64,000 bases of DNA from an uncultured Gemmataceae bacterium (GCA_963750165.1 CAVVPN010000011.1:2176001-2240000); one strand, 5' to 3'; counted from the stretch's first letter, positions 53,733 to 63,615 are shown. A program made the numbers and translations. The notes: generated by a model not told the origin, from the sequence alone.

Positions 53733-56700
53733 CTACGCCGCCGCCTTCGTCAACTCGATCACCAGCGGCTTGCCCTCGACCTTGACCGCCGCCCGGTACG
53801 CCTGCTGGCCGAGCGAGTCCACCGACCAGCGCAGCACCAGGCACTCGGCGGCGATGTACTCGCGGTGTACGTCGATGGCCGTCGCCAGGTCGGCGTCCTC
53901 TGTCGCCAGCCGCAGCACAATCCGATCCGCCATGTCCAGGTCGGCGTCCTTGCGGGCGTTCTGGACCGCACGGACCACTTCGCGGGCCAAACCTTCGCGC
54001 TTCAAGTCCTCGGTGATGCGCGCGTCCAGTGCCAGTTGGGTCTGCCGATCTTCCAGGCCGGTCCAGCCCGCGCCGGCGACGTATTGCACGAGCACGTCCG
54101 CCGGTTCCAGGGTCACCTCGCCGCCCGGGCACGACAGGGTCACGGACTGCCCGGCGTTCACCTTCGCCGCCACCTGTGCCGGGTCGGCCGCCGCCAGGGC
54201 CGCCTGCACTTCCTTCAAGCGGGCGCCGAATTTCTGCCCGAGCGTCTTCAGGTTCGGCTTCACCTGGTACTGGAGCAGCGAGCCGTTGCCTTCGTACAGG
54301 GTGACACGCTTGAGGTTCAATTCCTCGGTGATCTGGTCCGCGAAGCGCTCCACTGCCCGGCGGGCGCTGGCGTCGCCGGGCTGCACGCGCAATTCCGCCA
54401 GCGGCTGCCGCACCTTGATCTTGACTGTGTTCCGCGCCGCCGAGCCCAGCGACACCAGGTTCAGCAGGGCATCCATGTCGTCGGACAGCTGGTGGTCGAT
54501 CAACGCTTCGTCGGCCTCCGGGAACGAACACAGGTGCACGCTGGCATCGCTGTCCGGCCTGGCCCCGGTCAGGTTGCGGTACATGACCTCCGTCAAGAAC
54601 GGCATCACCGGCGCGCACAGTTTGCTGAGCGTCAGCAGCACCGTGTACAGCGTCTGGTATGCCGCCAACTTGTCCACGCCGTGCTCGCTCTTCCAGAAGC
54701 GGCGACGGTTGCGGCGCACGTACCAGTTGCTCAACTTGTCATCGACGAACTTCTCCGCCTCCAGGCAGAATTTTTGCACGTCGAAGCGCTCGAACGACGC
54801 GCGCGCCGTCTGGATGAGCAGCTGCAGGTCGGACAGGATCCAGCGGTCGAGGTCGGGCCGCTCCCGCACCGGCACCGCCGGCGCGGCGCGGTCGAAGCCG
54901 TCGGCCACGGCGTAGTTGCAAAAGAACGCATAGCTGTTCCACAGCTTGAGCGTGAACCGGCTGCGCAGCTCGTCCACCGGGCCGGGGCCAAAATTCAGGT
55001 TCGACGCCGGGTTCGTGCGGCAGAACAGCCAGCGCATCAGGTCGGCGCTCATCGGCGGATAGCAAACGCCCTTGAGCACGTGGACATCGTGCTTGCCAAG
55101 CCGAATCGTTTCCTCGCGTAGCGATTGCCAGTCCTCGGGCAGGTCGCGGGCCGCCTGCTGCTCCGGCTTGAGTTTGGGGTCGCGCTCGCAAAACAGGTCG
55201 TAGCCCGAATCGGCGGCCCCTTCAAAGGGGATGGCGTTGCCCGTGGACTTGTGCATCTCCTTACCGGTCTGGTCACGCACCAGGCCGTGGCCGAGGATCA
55301 CCTTCGTCGGCTCACGACCTTCCAGCATCGTGCTCATCGCCAGCAGGGCGTAGAACCAGTTCCGGAACTGGCCCGGGAACGACTCCACGATCATGTCCGC
55401 CGGGAACCACTTCTCCCAGTACGCCCGATCCGTGTTGTACTTCAGCGTCGAGTACGCCACGATGCCGGCGTCCAGCCACGGATTGCCCACATCCGGAATG
55501 CGCGACATCAAATTGCCCGTCTTCGGGTTCCTGATCTTCACCAGGTCGATCCACGGCCGGTGCGGCGTGTGGCCCTCGAATTGTTCCCAACCCGCGACGG
55601 CGCGCGCCTGCAGCTCGGCGCGCGAGCCGATCACCTCGAAATCGTCGGTTTCCTCATCGACCCAGATCGGCAGCGCCAGGCCCCAGAAGCGCTTCTTGGA
55701 GATCATCCAGTCGCCCATGTTCGTCAGCCAGTCCAGCTCGCGGGCCTTGCCGTTGATCGACTCCGGCAGCCAGGTGATGCGCTCGACCACCGCCTTGATC
55801 TCGTCGCGCCAGCGCATGTCGATGTACCACTCATCGACGAGCCGAAACAATAACTCCGTCTTGCAGCGCCAGCAGTGCGGGTAGCTGTGCGGGTACTTTT
55901 CCACGGCCAGCAGCAATCCCTTCTGCTGCAAATCGTTCAACACCCAGTCCGCGGTAGAGTGCTCGACGGCAGATTGTCCCGTCAGGCCGCCGAAGCCGGG
56001 CAGGAAGACGCCGAAGTCGTCCAGCGGCGCGACCGGCACCAGCTTTTGTTCCTTGCCCAGTTGAAAATCCTCGCGGCCGCAGCCCGGGGCGATATGGACG
56101 ATGCCGGTGCCCTCGACCTCGCCGACCGCCTCCCAGGCGACGACGCGGTGCAGTTGCTGCGCCGACTGCGCCGGCCCCCAGTGCTGCTTGAGCACCACGT
56201 CGGCCGTCTCATCGGGATAGCCGCCAGGATGGTTCTGAGCCGGCAGTTCGTCGAACGGCCCGTCATACGCCCAGCCGACCAGCGCCGCGCCTGGCAGCTC
56301 GCCGACGACCTCATAGCCGCCCTTTTCCTTGAAGATCTGCTCCAGCGTCTTCAGCCTGGGCACGCCCTCGAGCCATTGCTTGCGCTTGAACTCCTCCTCC
56401 AGCCGTTGGGCGGTAAAAGCGCCTTTGGCGAGGTAATAAACCTGGTCCTTGTGCTTGACCTTCAGGTACGTCAATGCCGGGTTGACCGCGGCGGCAACAT
56501 TGCTGCTGAGCGTCCACGGCGTCGTCGTCCAGATGAGGAGATTTTCGCCGGGCCGGCCGCGCAGCGGGAAGCGCACGAAGACAGCGCGGTGCGCCACCAG
56601 CTGATAGCCCTCGGCCATCTCCTGCTGGCTGAGACCAACGGAGCAGCGCGGGCACCACGGCATGGCGTCGTAGCCTTTGTAAACCAGGCTGCGGCCGTGG

Positions 56701-57257
56701 CACTTCTTCAGGAAGCTCCAGATCGTGTAATTGTTCTCCTCCGACATCGTGTAGTAACTGCGGCGCTGGCCCGGTGGCTTGAGAAAATCCTCGGGCCGGT
56801 CCCAGTCCATCCAGTAGCCCAGGCGGATCGATTGCTCGGTCTGCACGCGCGCGTACCGGTCCACGCGCTGCTTGCACAGGTTGACGAACTGGTCGATGCT
56901 GCGGAAGGTGTCGCCGGGCAGCAGGTTTTCGATGTCGCGCTTGGACTGGAGCTTCAGTTCCTTCTCGACCTCGACCTCGACCCACAGGCCCTGGCAGTCG
57001 AAGCCGTTCTGGTAGCGCTCGTCGTGGCCGGTCATGGCGAAGTAGCGCTGGTACGCATCCTTGTAGGTGCGGCCCCAGGCGTGATGGACGCCCATTGGGT
57101 TGTTGGCGGTGATGGGGCCGTCGAGGAAGGACCACTTCGGCTTGCCGCGGTTCTGTGCCCGCAGCTTGTCGAAGACCTCGTGGCGTTGCCAGAAATCCAG
57201 GACCGCCCGCTCCTGCGCCGGGAAGTCCACCTGCGTGTCCACTTTGTCGAACGACAT
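53733..57257 (-). CDS. ileS: Isoleucine--tRNA ligase, type 2
   Basis: DGPITAN, GVHH in place of HIGH, GFDCQGL, WTTTPWTL, GTGIVHIAP, DWMISKKRFWG, EMHKS, SNWYVRRNRRRFW, EGLAREVVR C-terminus. Confidence 0.95.
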   Translation of the reverse strand: MSFDKVDTQVDFPAQERAVLDFWQRHEVFDKLRAQNRGKPKWSFLDGPITANNPMGVHHAWGRTYKDAYQRYFAMTGHDERYQNGFDCQGLWVEVEVEKELKLQSKRDIENLLPGDTFRSIDQFVNLCKQRVDRYARVQTEQSIRLGYWMDWDRPEDFLKPPGQRRSYYTMSEENNYTIWSFLKKCHGRSLVYKGYDAMPWCPRCSVGLSQQEMAEGYQLVAHRAVFVRFPLRGRPGENLLIWTTTPWTLSSNVAAAVNPALTYLKVKHKDQVYYLAKGAFTAQRLEEEFKRKQWLEGVPRLKTLEQIFKEKGGYEVVGELPGAALVGWAYDGPFDELPAQNHPGGYPDETADVVLKQHWGPAQSAQQLHRVVAWEAVGEVEGTGIVHIAPGCGREDFQLGKEQKLVPVAPLDDFGVFLPGFGGLTGQSAVEHSTADWVLNDLQQKGLLLAVEKYPHSYPHCWRCKTELLFRLVDEWYIDMRWRDEIKAVVERITWLPESINGKARELDWLTNMGDWMISKKRFWGLALPIWVDEETDDFEVIGSRAELQARAVAGWEQFEGHTPHRPWIDLVKIRNPKTGNLMSRIPDVGNPWLDAGIVAYSTLKYNTDRAYWEKWFPADMIVESFPGQFRNWFYALLAMSTMLEGREPTKVILGHGLVRDQTGKEMHKSTGNAIPFEGAADSGYDLFCERDPKLKPEQQAARDLPEDWQSLREETIRLGKHDVHVLKGVCYPPMSADLMRWLFCRTNPASNLNFGPGPVDELRSRFTLKLWNSYAFFCNYAVADGFDRAAPAVPVRERPDLDRWILSDLQLLIQTARASFERFDVQKFCLEAEKFVDDKLSNWYVRRNRRRFWKSEHGVDKLAAYQTLYTVLLTLSKLCAPVMPFLTEVMYRNLTGARPDSDASVHLCSFPEADEALIDHQLSDDMDALLNLVSLGSAARNTVKIKVRQPLAELRVQPGDASARRAVERFADQITEELNLKRVTLYEGNGSLLQYQVKPNLKTLGQKFGARLKEVQAALAAADPAQVAAKVNAGQSVTLSCPGGEVTLEPADVLVQYVAGAGWTGLEDRQTQLALDARITEDLKREGLAREVVRAVQNARKDADLDMADRIVLRLATEDADLATAIDVHREYIAAECLVLRWSVDSLGQQAYRAAVKVEGKPLVIELTKAAA

Positions 57258-57339
57258 CGCGCGCACCTCACTCGACAACAATAAAACGTTATCTTAGTGA
57301 ATTGCGGCGCGGGGCACCAAGGTGGGATCGGCGCGAGTG

Positions 57340-57376
57340 AAAACAACGGCGGCGGCCCGTAAGGGAGCCGCCGCCG
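57340..57376 (-). terminator. Terminator hairpin after the PEP-CTERM gene
   Basis: CGGCGGCGGC..GCCGCCGCCG stem followed by TTGTTTT on the minus strand. Confidence 0.65.
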
Positions 57377-57401
57377 GGATGTGCAGAGGGGTTCCGATAA
57401 G

Positions 57402-58067
57402 TTAGGCGGCCTGGGCCTTGCGGCGCCGACGGGCGATGACGAGGCCGGACACGCCACCGATCGCCAGCAGGGCGAGGCTGGTGGGCTCCGGCGTGGAGGT
57501 GACGGTGCCGCCGTTGACCTGCCAGACCAGGGACGCCGGCGGGCCGCAGCACTCGCCGTAGGACAATTCAAAGTTATAGTTGCCAGCCGAGGGGGCGGTG
57601 ACGGTGAATGGGGTTTCGTCCAACGCGGTCGCGAAGGGTTGGTCCACCACCAGGCCGATGCCGTCGATGTTCAATTGCAAACCGTCATCGTGCCCGACGA
57701 CAAACATGTTGGGGCCGGCGTTCAGGGAAATGGTGCCAGTGAAGTAGAAGTAGATGTTGTCCAGGTTGGCGTTTCCTCCACCGTCAGTAGTGAACGCTGA
57801 CGACGTGTCCGTATAAGTCGGGCTGTTGAGGAAGCTGTTAAGTGTGTAGTTGGAGCCACTATCGCTGGGGTTGTAGTTGAACGCGCCCGAGTTGAACGTC
57901 GCGTCCGGCGTGCCCAGGGTCGCGGCCTGGGCCAGCGTGGCGTCTTGCGCAGCGGCTGTCTGGTTTACCCAGAGCTCACCCGTGATGAACCCTGCACGCG
58001 CTTGCGCAGCGTTACCGAAAAGCACGGCGGCGACCGCCAGTGCCCCAACCATCACCATCCTTCGCAT
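57402..58067 (-). CDS. PEP-CTERM surface protein (PA14-like domain)
   Basis: Signal peptide, HDDG motif, YGECCG, TPEPTSLALLAIGG..RRRRK. Confidence 0.9.
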   Translation of the reverse strand: MRRMVMVGALAVAAVLFGNAAQARAGFITGELWVNQTAAAQDATLAQAATLGTPDATFNSGAFNYNPSDSGSNYTLNSFLNSPTYTDTSSAFTTDGGGNANLDNIYFYFTGTISLNAGPNMFVVGHDDGLQLNIDGIGLVVDQPFATALDETPFTVTAPSAGNYNFELSYGECCGPPASLVWQVNGGTVTSTPEPTSLALLAIGGVSGLVIARRRRKAQAA

Positions 58068-58458
58068 GAAATGTCCCCTTCCCTTTGGGCGATAACCTCG
58101 ATCCATGGACGTAGTTCACCAGAACCCACCACCAATGGTAGGTCTACCGGCAAACCAATTTGGGGGCACCGTGAGGGTAAGTATCAATGAGCGACCTCAA
58201 CCTGTCAAGATAATTCATGGTATTAATTGGGAAAAAGTCGCGAATAAATCGTGTCGCTTCACGCCCTGTCAACCAAAGTTGACAATGTGTAAACGCCATG
58301 TTGCGCCCGGTTTGCAAAAATACTTCCCCAGTCGCAAAGGAGCTGCTCCGTCGGCCCAACCCACGGTCTTGAGCCGGTTCCTTCCCGTTGGGCACAACGG
58401 TTGCACTCCATTGGTGCTCCGCTGTTTCCCTGATGCCGCGCCGTGATGGGGGTGTGCC

Positions 58459-59622
58459 TTGAGCGCCGACAGTCCCGATCCACTTCCCCAACGGCCGGCC
58501 GCCGCCCTGCTGTGGCTGGCGCGCGGCGTGGCGCTGCTGGCGCTCGGCGTCGCTGCTTATCTTCTGTGGGCCTCGTTCATGGCCAGCGGGCGGGTGGCGG
58601 GGTGCGGCGAAGACTCGGGTTGCGAGCAGGTGCTCGCCAGCCGCTGGTCGCAGTGGTTGCGGTTGCCCGTCGCGCTGCCGGCGGCTGTCGTCTACGCACT
58701 GGCGCTCATCGCCCTCTTTGAAATCCAGGGCACGGATTCGTGGCTCGGCGGGCGCCGGGCCTGGCAACTGCTCGTGGTCCTGGCGGCAGTGCTGGTCGGT
58801 TCAGCCTGCTGGTTCCTGGGCTTGCAGGCGCTGGCTGTGGGGGAGTTCTGCGGCTATTGCCTGGCGGCGCACGCCTGCGGGCTGCTCCTGGCCGGCTTCA
58901 TCGTGTGCTGCAACCCGCTGCGCTGGCGGGCACCGGCCGAGGTGCCGGCGCTGTTGCTGGCGGGGCTCTGCGGGACGAGTTTGCTCATCGCCGGGCAGGT
59001 GCTGGTGGAACCGCGGGCGCCGGACATGCGGGTGCAGGCCCGCGTTGAGTTGAAGGACGGCAACGTTACCTTCGACCCGGAGAAGCACCCGCGGCTCGGT
59101 TCGCCCCGGGCCCGCTTCGTGCTCGTGGAGTTGTACGATTACACCTGCGAGCACTGCCGGGTCACCACCGGTTACCTGGAAGAAGCGCGGCGGCGCTACG
59201 GCGACCAGCTCGCGATCCTGCCCCTGGTGGTCCCCTACCACCCCGACTGCAACCCGCACGCCCACGCAGCCAGTCTGCGCCACGAACACGCCTGCGTCCT
59301 GGCGCGGCTCGCCCTGGCCGTCTGGCGGGCGAAGCCGCAGGCTTTTGAGTCCTTTCACCTCTGGTTAATCGAGTCGCCGCCCGACCCCGACGCCGCCCGC
59401 CGCCGTGCCGCGGAACTGGTCGGCGCCGACGCACTGGCGCAGGCCCTGGCAGACCCGGCACTGGATCAACAGCTGGCCGAGCACGTCCGCCTTTACGCCC
59501 GGGCCGGCGCGGGCACGTTGCCGATCCTGTTGCACGGCTCCCAGACCGCCCAGGGACGGCCGCCCGGCGCGAAGCAACTATTTCAATTTCTGGAACGGAA
59601 CGTGGGACTGCCGCCCCCGTGA
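58459..59622 (+). CDS. VKOR-DsbA/thioredoxin fusion
   Basis: GCGEDSGCEQVLASRWS loop cysteines, FCGYC, TM helices, DYTCEHC thioredoxin site. Confidence 0.9.
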   Translation: MSADSPDPLPQRPAAALLWLARGVALLALGVAAYLLWASFMASGRVAGCGEDSGCEQVLASRWSQWLRLPVALPAAVVYALALIALFEIQGTDSWLGGRRAWQLLVVLAAVLVGSACWFLGLQALAVGEFCGYCLAAHACGLLLAGFIVCCNPLRWRAPAEVPALLLAGLCGTSLLIAGQVLVEPRAPDMRVQARVELKDGNVTFDPEKHPRLGSPRARFVLVELYDYTCEHCRVTTGYLEEARRRYGDQLAILPLVVPYHPDCNPHAHAASLRHEHACVLARLALAVWRAKPQAFESFHLWLIESPPDPDAARRRAAELVGADALAQALADPALDQQLAEHVRLYARAGAGTLPILLHGSQTAQGRPPGAKQLFQFLERNVGLPPP

Positions 59623-59639
59623 CGTTTGCTTCGTTCGGA

Positions 59640-59680
59640 GCCCGCGGCGCCGGCAAGAGAACCCTTGTCGGCGCCGCGGG
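59640..59680. repeat. GC-rich hairpin
   Basis: GCCCGCGGCGCCGGCAAG..CTTGTCGGCGCCGCGGGC. Confidence 0.65.
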
Positions 59681-59695
59681 CTTTGAACCGGCCCT

Positions 59696-59900
59696 TAGCG
59701 CGGTTCACGCACGGTTTGCGCACACGTGGCGGCGGGCACGGGCTGACCTCCAGCGGCCTGCGCTGCCACAGCAAGAACGCCAAGAACGCCAACTTTTTCA
59801 CACGTCGAGATTCGAGCCTGGGAGCGGCTCGCGCAGTTTGCAGGACGGTTCGAGAGCACTGGTCTGCCGTTCGTGGTCCACACCACTGCGAACCGCGCTA
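59696..59900. mobile_element. TA-flanked 201-bp mini-element with GCGCGGTTC terminal inverted repeats
   Basis: TA-GCGCGGTTC ... GAACCGCGC-TA; the right end matches 29104-29117; encloses dispersed motif copy 6. Confidence 0.55.
59770..59812 (-). repeat. Dispersed motif copy 6 of 6
   Basis: Reverse complement AATCTCGACGTGTGAAAAAGTTGGC GTTCTTGGC GTTCTTGCT. Confidence 0.9.
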
Positions 59901-60001
59901 GGAATTGAACACCAGCCGCGGTCCCTGTCAAGAAAAAGTTGCCCCCGTTGGGAGTGAGCGGAAATAATATCCCCGCAGGCGCAATGGCTCTACCAGATCT
60001 G

Positions 60002-60067
60002 AGGTGAGCGGGGAGTCAGTCCCCTGTTGGCCCCGGTGAACAGGGGGCTGACGCTCCCCGCTCGCCT
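60002..60067. repeat. REP doublet overlapping the 3' end of the phosphonatase-like gene
   Basis: AGGTGAGCGGGGAGTCAGTCCCCTG / CAGGGGGCTGACGCTCCCCGCTCGCCT; related to 10790-10887. Confidence 0.75.
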
Positions 60068-60762
60068 GCGGCCGACGCCGCGCGGATCAACGCGGGCACC
60101 TCTGCGACCGAGTTCAGGAGGTGCGTGTGCGGGCACGCCTGGAGTTGTTCCCGCGAAAAGCTGCCTGTCGTGACGCCGATCACCAGACCGCAGCCGGCGT
60201 TGCTGCCTTCCTCCAGGTCCGCCTTCGTGTCGCCGATCTTGGCAACGCGGGCTGCGTCGCGCACGCCCAGGCGCTCCATCAGGTGCCGGATCATGTCCGG
60301 GTGCGGCCGGCCGCGCGGCACCTCATCGCTGGTCACGTCGGCATCGATCACGTCCGGCGCTCGCCAGCCGAGGCGGCCGAGCAACACCTCCGCGATGGGC
60401 CGGAAAAAACCTGTGTTGACCGCGACCCGGACGCCCGCCCGCCGCAGGGCCGCGAACGCGGCGGCTGCTCCCGGGATCTCCCGCACCGCCGGGTCGTGGG
60501 CGTAGTAGTCCCGCATCCGCCGCGTAAAATCCACGTGAACGGCGTCGATGTTGTCCGCCGTCGGCGGCACGCCGCGCGGCCGGCCGAACTCCTCCAGCAA
60601 GATGCGGATGGCTTCCGGCTTGGGCAGGCCCATGACGGCGTTCACCGCCGCCGGGTCGGCCGTAAGGCCCCACGCGGCCAGGGTGGCGCGGAACGAGGTG
60701 TTGACCGCGTCGCCGTCATCCACCGTGGTCCCGGCCAGGTCAAACACCGCCAACTCGATCAT
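60016..60762 (-). CDS. Phosphonatase-like HAD hydrolase (PhnX-like)
   Basis: VFDLAGTTVD, MGLPK, NTGF, SDEVPRGRPHPDMI, KIGDT..DLEEG.NAG. Confidence 0.85.
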   Translation of the reverse strand: MIELAVFDLAGTTVDDGDAVNTSFRATLAAWGLTADPAAVNAVMGLPKPEAIRILLEEFGRPRGVPPTADNIDAVHVDFTRRMRDYYAHDPAVREIPGAAAAFAALRRAGVRVAVNTGFFRPIAEVLLGRLGWRAPDVIDADVTSDEVPRGRPHPDMIRHLMERLGVRDAARVAKIGDTKADLEEGSNAGCGLVIGVTTGSFSREQLQACPHTHLLNSVAEVPALIRAASAAGERGASAPCSPGPTGD

Positions 60763-61899
60763 GACTCGCCCCCCAACCAGTCCGTCACCACCCGTTCCGC
60801 CAGTCCGAACGACAGCGTCATGCCGGCGCCGCCGGCGCCCGCCACGGCGATCACCTGCGGCGTCAGCCGGGCGACCACGTATGCGTCCGTGCGGTGCTTC
60901 AGATAGGTTCCGTGCCAGCGGGCAGTGATGGTCAAACCCGGCACCGCCAGGAAGGTCCGCAGGTACGCCAGGATCAGCTCGTCAATACTTGGCTTGTCGA
61001 ACGGCTCGATGGCATCGCCGTACTCGTGGGAGTCGCCGAGGGTCAGTTCGCCGTGGCCGTTCTGCGACACCAACACGTGAATGCCGTAGCGGCCGTATTC
61101 GGGAAGCTCGGCGTCCAGGCGGCGGACCAGGGCCGGCAGCGTCGGGCAGCGGGCGAACGAGGCGTAGTGCCGCAGCGTCAACCCGGCGGCCAGGTGCGTG
61201 CCCAACTGGAAGCGGTCGCCGAACGCCTGTGAGCGCATCATCTGCAGCTTGACCGGCAGCAGTTTGCTGTCCGCGAACGCCGTGGGGGCCAGGTCGCGGA
61301 AGTCGGCGCCGGTGCAGATCACCAGGTGGCGCACCAGCCGGTCGCCGTCCGGCGTCACCACGCGCGGCAGGTCATGACCGAGCACCGGCGTGCCGAACGC
61401 GAAGTCCACGCCGTAAGTGCGCGTCAACCACGCGGGCAATTCGGCGATGACCTGGCGCGGGTCCACCGCCAGTTCCAGGGGGCTCCACAGCCCGGCGCAG
61501 GCCGGTCGGCACCACGGCCGGGAAGCGGGCGGTGACCTGGACGGGGCTCCACAATTCACAGGGCCGGTCCTCGCGGGTCGCCTCGGCGACGAATTCGCGC
61601 AGCACCTGGGCCTCGTCATCGTGATAGGCGGCGTGCAGCGAGCCGCACTGCCGGTGCCACAGGCCGCTCGCGGCGAGCACTTCGAGCCACAGTTCGCGGC
61701 TGCGGCGGGCGATCTGGTACACCGGCCCCGCCGGCTGCCCGACCGGCCAGATCATGCCGAAGTTGCGGACGGAGGCGCCCTGCGCCCGGCGGTGTCGCTC
61801 CAGCACAAGCACGCGCAGGCCGCGGCGGGCCAGCACGAACGCATGCGCCAGTCCAAGGATGCCCGCCCCTACCACGCCCACGTCATACGTGCCGCTCAT
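60759..61899 (-). CDS. FAD-dependent oxidoreductase of phosphonate clusters (TIGR03364-like); frameshift near 61495
   Basis: VVGAGILGLAHA, GASVRNFG, KLQMMR, GLTLRHY, GDSHEY, GGAGMTLSFG. Confidence 0.85.
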
Positions 61900-61912
61900 G
61901 CTCTCTCCCGCT

Positions 61913-61976
61913 GAAGTCAGAAGTCAGAGGTCAGAAGTCAAGAACCCGGGCCTCTGACCTCTGACTTCTGACTTCA
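61913..61976. repeat. Inverted heptamer repeats (GAAGTCA/GAGGTCA)
   Basis: GAAGTCAGAAGTCAGAGGTCAGAAGTCA ... TCTGACCTCTGACTTCTGACTTC. Confidence 0.85.
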
Positions 61977-62511
61977 GGACTGCTTCCAGGCACGGCCGAT
62001 AGTGGTCGAGACCCGGGACGGCCAGCCCCGGCACCTTGGCCCCGTCGTCCCAGCGGCGGACGGCCACGGCCGCGCGGAACCCCGGCTCCCGCTCGAAATG
62101 CCGCACCTCTTCCGGCGACATCGGCCCGCCCTGCAGCCGCAGGCTGAGCTGCGACGCTTCGGACAGTCCGGCGAGGTAATCCGGCTCGACGGCGCACAGG
62201 TAGCGCTTGGCGGCGACGTGCAGGCGCACGGGATCGACCACCACCGGCTGGAAATGGCCGCGCAGCCAGGTGGCGCCGCCTTCCTCGTGCCGCGCGTCGA
62301 TGCCGTGCTCGGCCACGTCTTCACCCAGGCCGTGCAGCAGGTGGCCGACATCGTGCAGCAACGCCGCGGCGACCAACTCGGGCGCCGCCCCGGACTGCTC
62401 GGCCAGGTCGGCGCACTGCAGGGCGTGCTCCGTCTCGGTGACGGCCTCGCCGAAATAGGCGCCGTTGCCCTGCTCGCGGAACAGCGTGAGGAGGCGGTCG
62501 ATGACGTGCAT
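61924..62511 (-). CDS. phnZ: HD-domain phosphonate oxygenase (PhnZ-like)
   Basis: YFGEAV..EHALQ, AALLHDVGHLL, RHEE, HVAAKRYL, SLRLQGG, RRWDD.AK. Confidence 0.82.
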   Translation of the reverse strand: MHVIDRLLTLFREQGNGAYFGEAVTETEHALQCADLAEQSGAAPELVAAALLHDVGHLLHGLGEDVAEHGIDARHEEGGATWLRGHFQPVVVDPVRLHVAAKRYLCAVEPDYLAGLSEASQLSLRLQGGPMSPEEVRHFEREPGFRAAVAVRRWDDGAKVPGLAVPGLDHYRPCLEAVLKSEVRGQRPGFLTSDL

Positions 62512-62519
62512 GGTCTCGG

Positions 62520-63615
62520 TCACTCCTGACCCTCCATTTCGGGGACCACCGCGACGCGCACACCGGGCTGGGCGTGAGCGGCGACGAACGCCTGGTCGGC
62601 CTGCTTCAGCGGGAAGGTCGCGGCGACCAGACTCCGCCAGGAGAAGTCGCGGCCCGGCCCGGCCAGGAACGCCAGGGCCGTCGCCAGGTCGCGCGGATGG
62701 TAGTTGTGGACGCCGCGGATCGTGAGCCAGCGCCGCACCACCGCCTCCGGGTCGAAGCCCACTTCGCCGACCGGGGCCACCGTCCCCGCCAGCAGCACCG
62801 TCCCGCCAGTGCGCGCCAGCGCCAGCGCCGCCCGGACAGTCTGCCGCCGTGCCGGCCAACTCCAGCACGAGATCAGCCCCGCGGCCCGCGGTCGCCTCGC
62901 GAACTCGATCCGTCAACTCCACCGCCTCGGCCGGCAGGGCGTGCGTTGCCCCGAACCGGAGGGCACGCTCCCGGTTCGCAGGAACGGGGTCGCTCACCAG
63001 CACCGCCCTTGCCCCGGCGGCCCGGGCCATCGCGCACGCTGTCACGCCAAGCACCCCCGCGCCCAGGACCAGGACCGTTCGCCCCGCAACCGGGCCGCCG
63101 CAGCGGAGCAGCGCCGCCACCGTGGCGGTCGCGCAGTTCGCGGGCGCGGCCACCAGGTCCGGCACCGCGTCCGGCACCTGGAAGCAGACCGTCCCCGGCA
63201 CCAGCACCACGTAATCGGCCAGTCCGCCGCCCAGCAGCCGCTGCGGGCTCAAGCGCTGATGACCGTATTTGTACGGACGTTCGCACTTCTGCGGCAGGTC
63301 TTCGGCGCAGAAAAAGCACACGCCGCAGCCGACCGCCACGGCCCAGCTGACCCGACTGCCCACCTCCAGCGGCACGCCCGCAGCGTCCTGCCGCGGCGCC
63401 TCCGGGCCGAACGCCGCAATGCGGCCGACGATCTCGTGCCCCAGCACAGTCGGCGTCGGCTCGGTACGCCGCCCGGCGTGGGTGTGCAGGTCGCTGCGGC
63501 ACAGCGTACAGCAGGTGACGCGCACCAGCAACTCCGCGCCCCGCGGTTCCGGGACGGGGGACCGAATCAGCTCCAGCGCCTGGCCGGCGCCGGTGAACAC
63601 GACGGCGCGCTGCAT
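62520..63615 (-). CDS. Zn-dependent alcohol dehydrogenase of phosphonate clusters (TIGR03366-like); frameshift near 62835
   Basis: CRSDLH, GHEIVG, CGVCFFC..PQKC, ANCATAT, GAGVLG, IRGVHNY. Confidence 0.85.

Noticed and set aside
57258..57401. T-box riboswitch upstream of ileS
   Set aside because: The gap is only about 140 bp and is partly occupied by the upstream terminator. AAGGTGG is present, but no full T-box or stem I could be identified.
58100..58330. AT-rich stretch as a foreign island or ncRNA
   Set aside because: Its length and position fit a divergent promoter region between the PEP-CTERM and VKOR genes; no supportable structure was seen.
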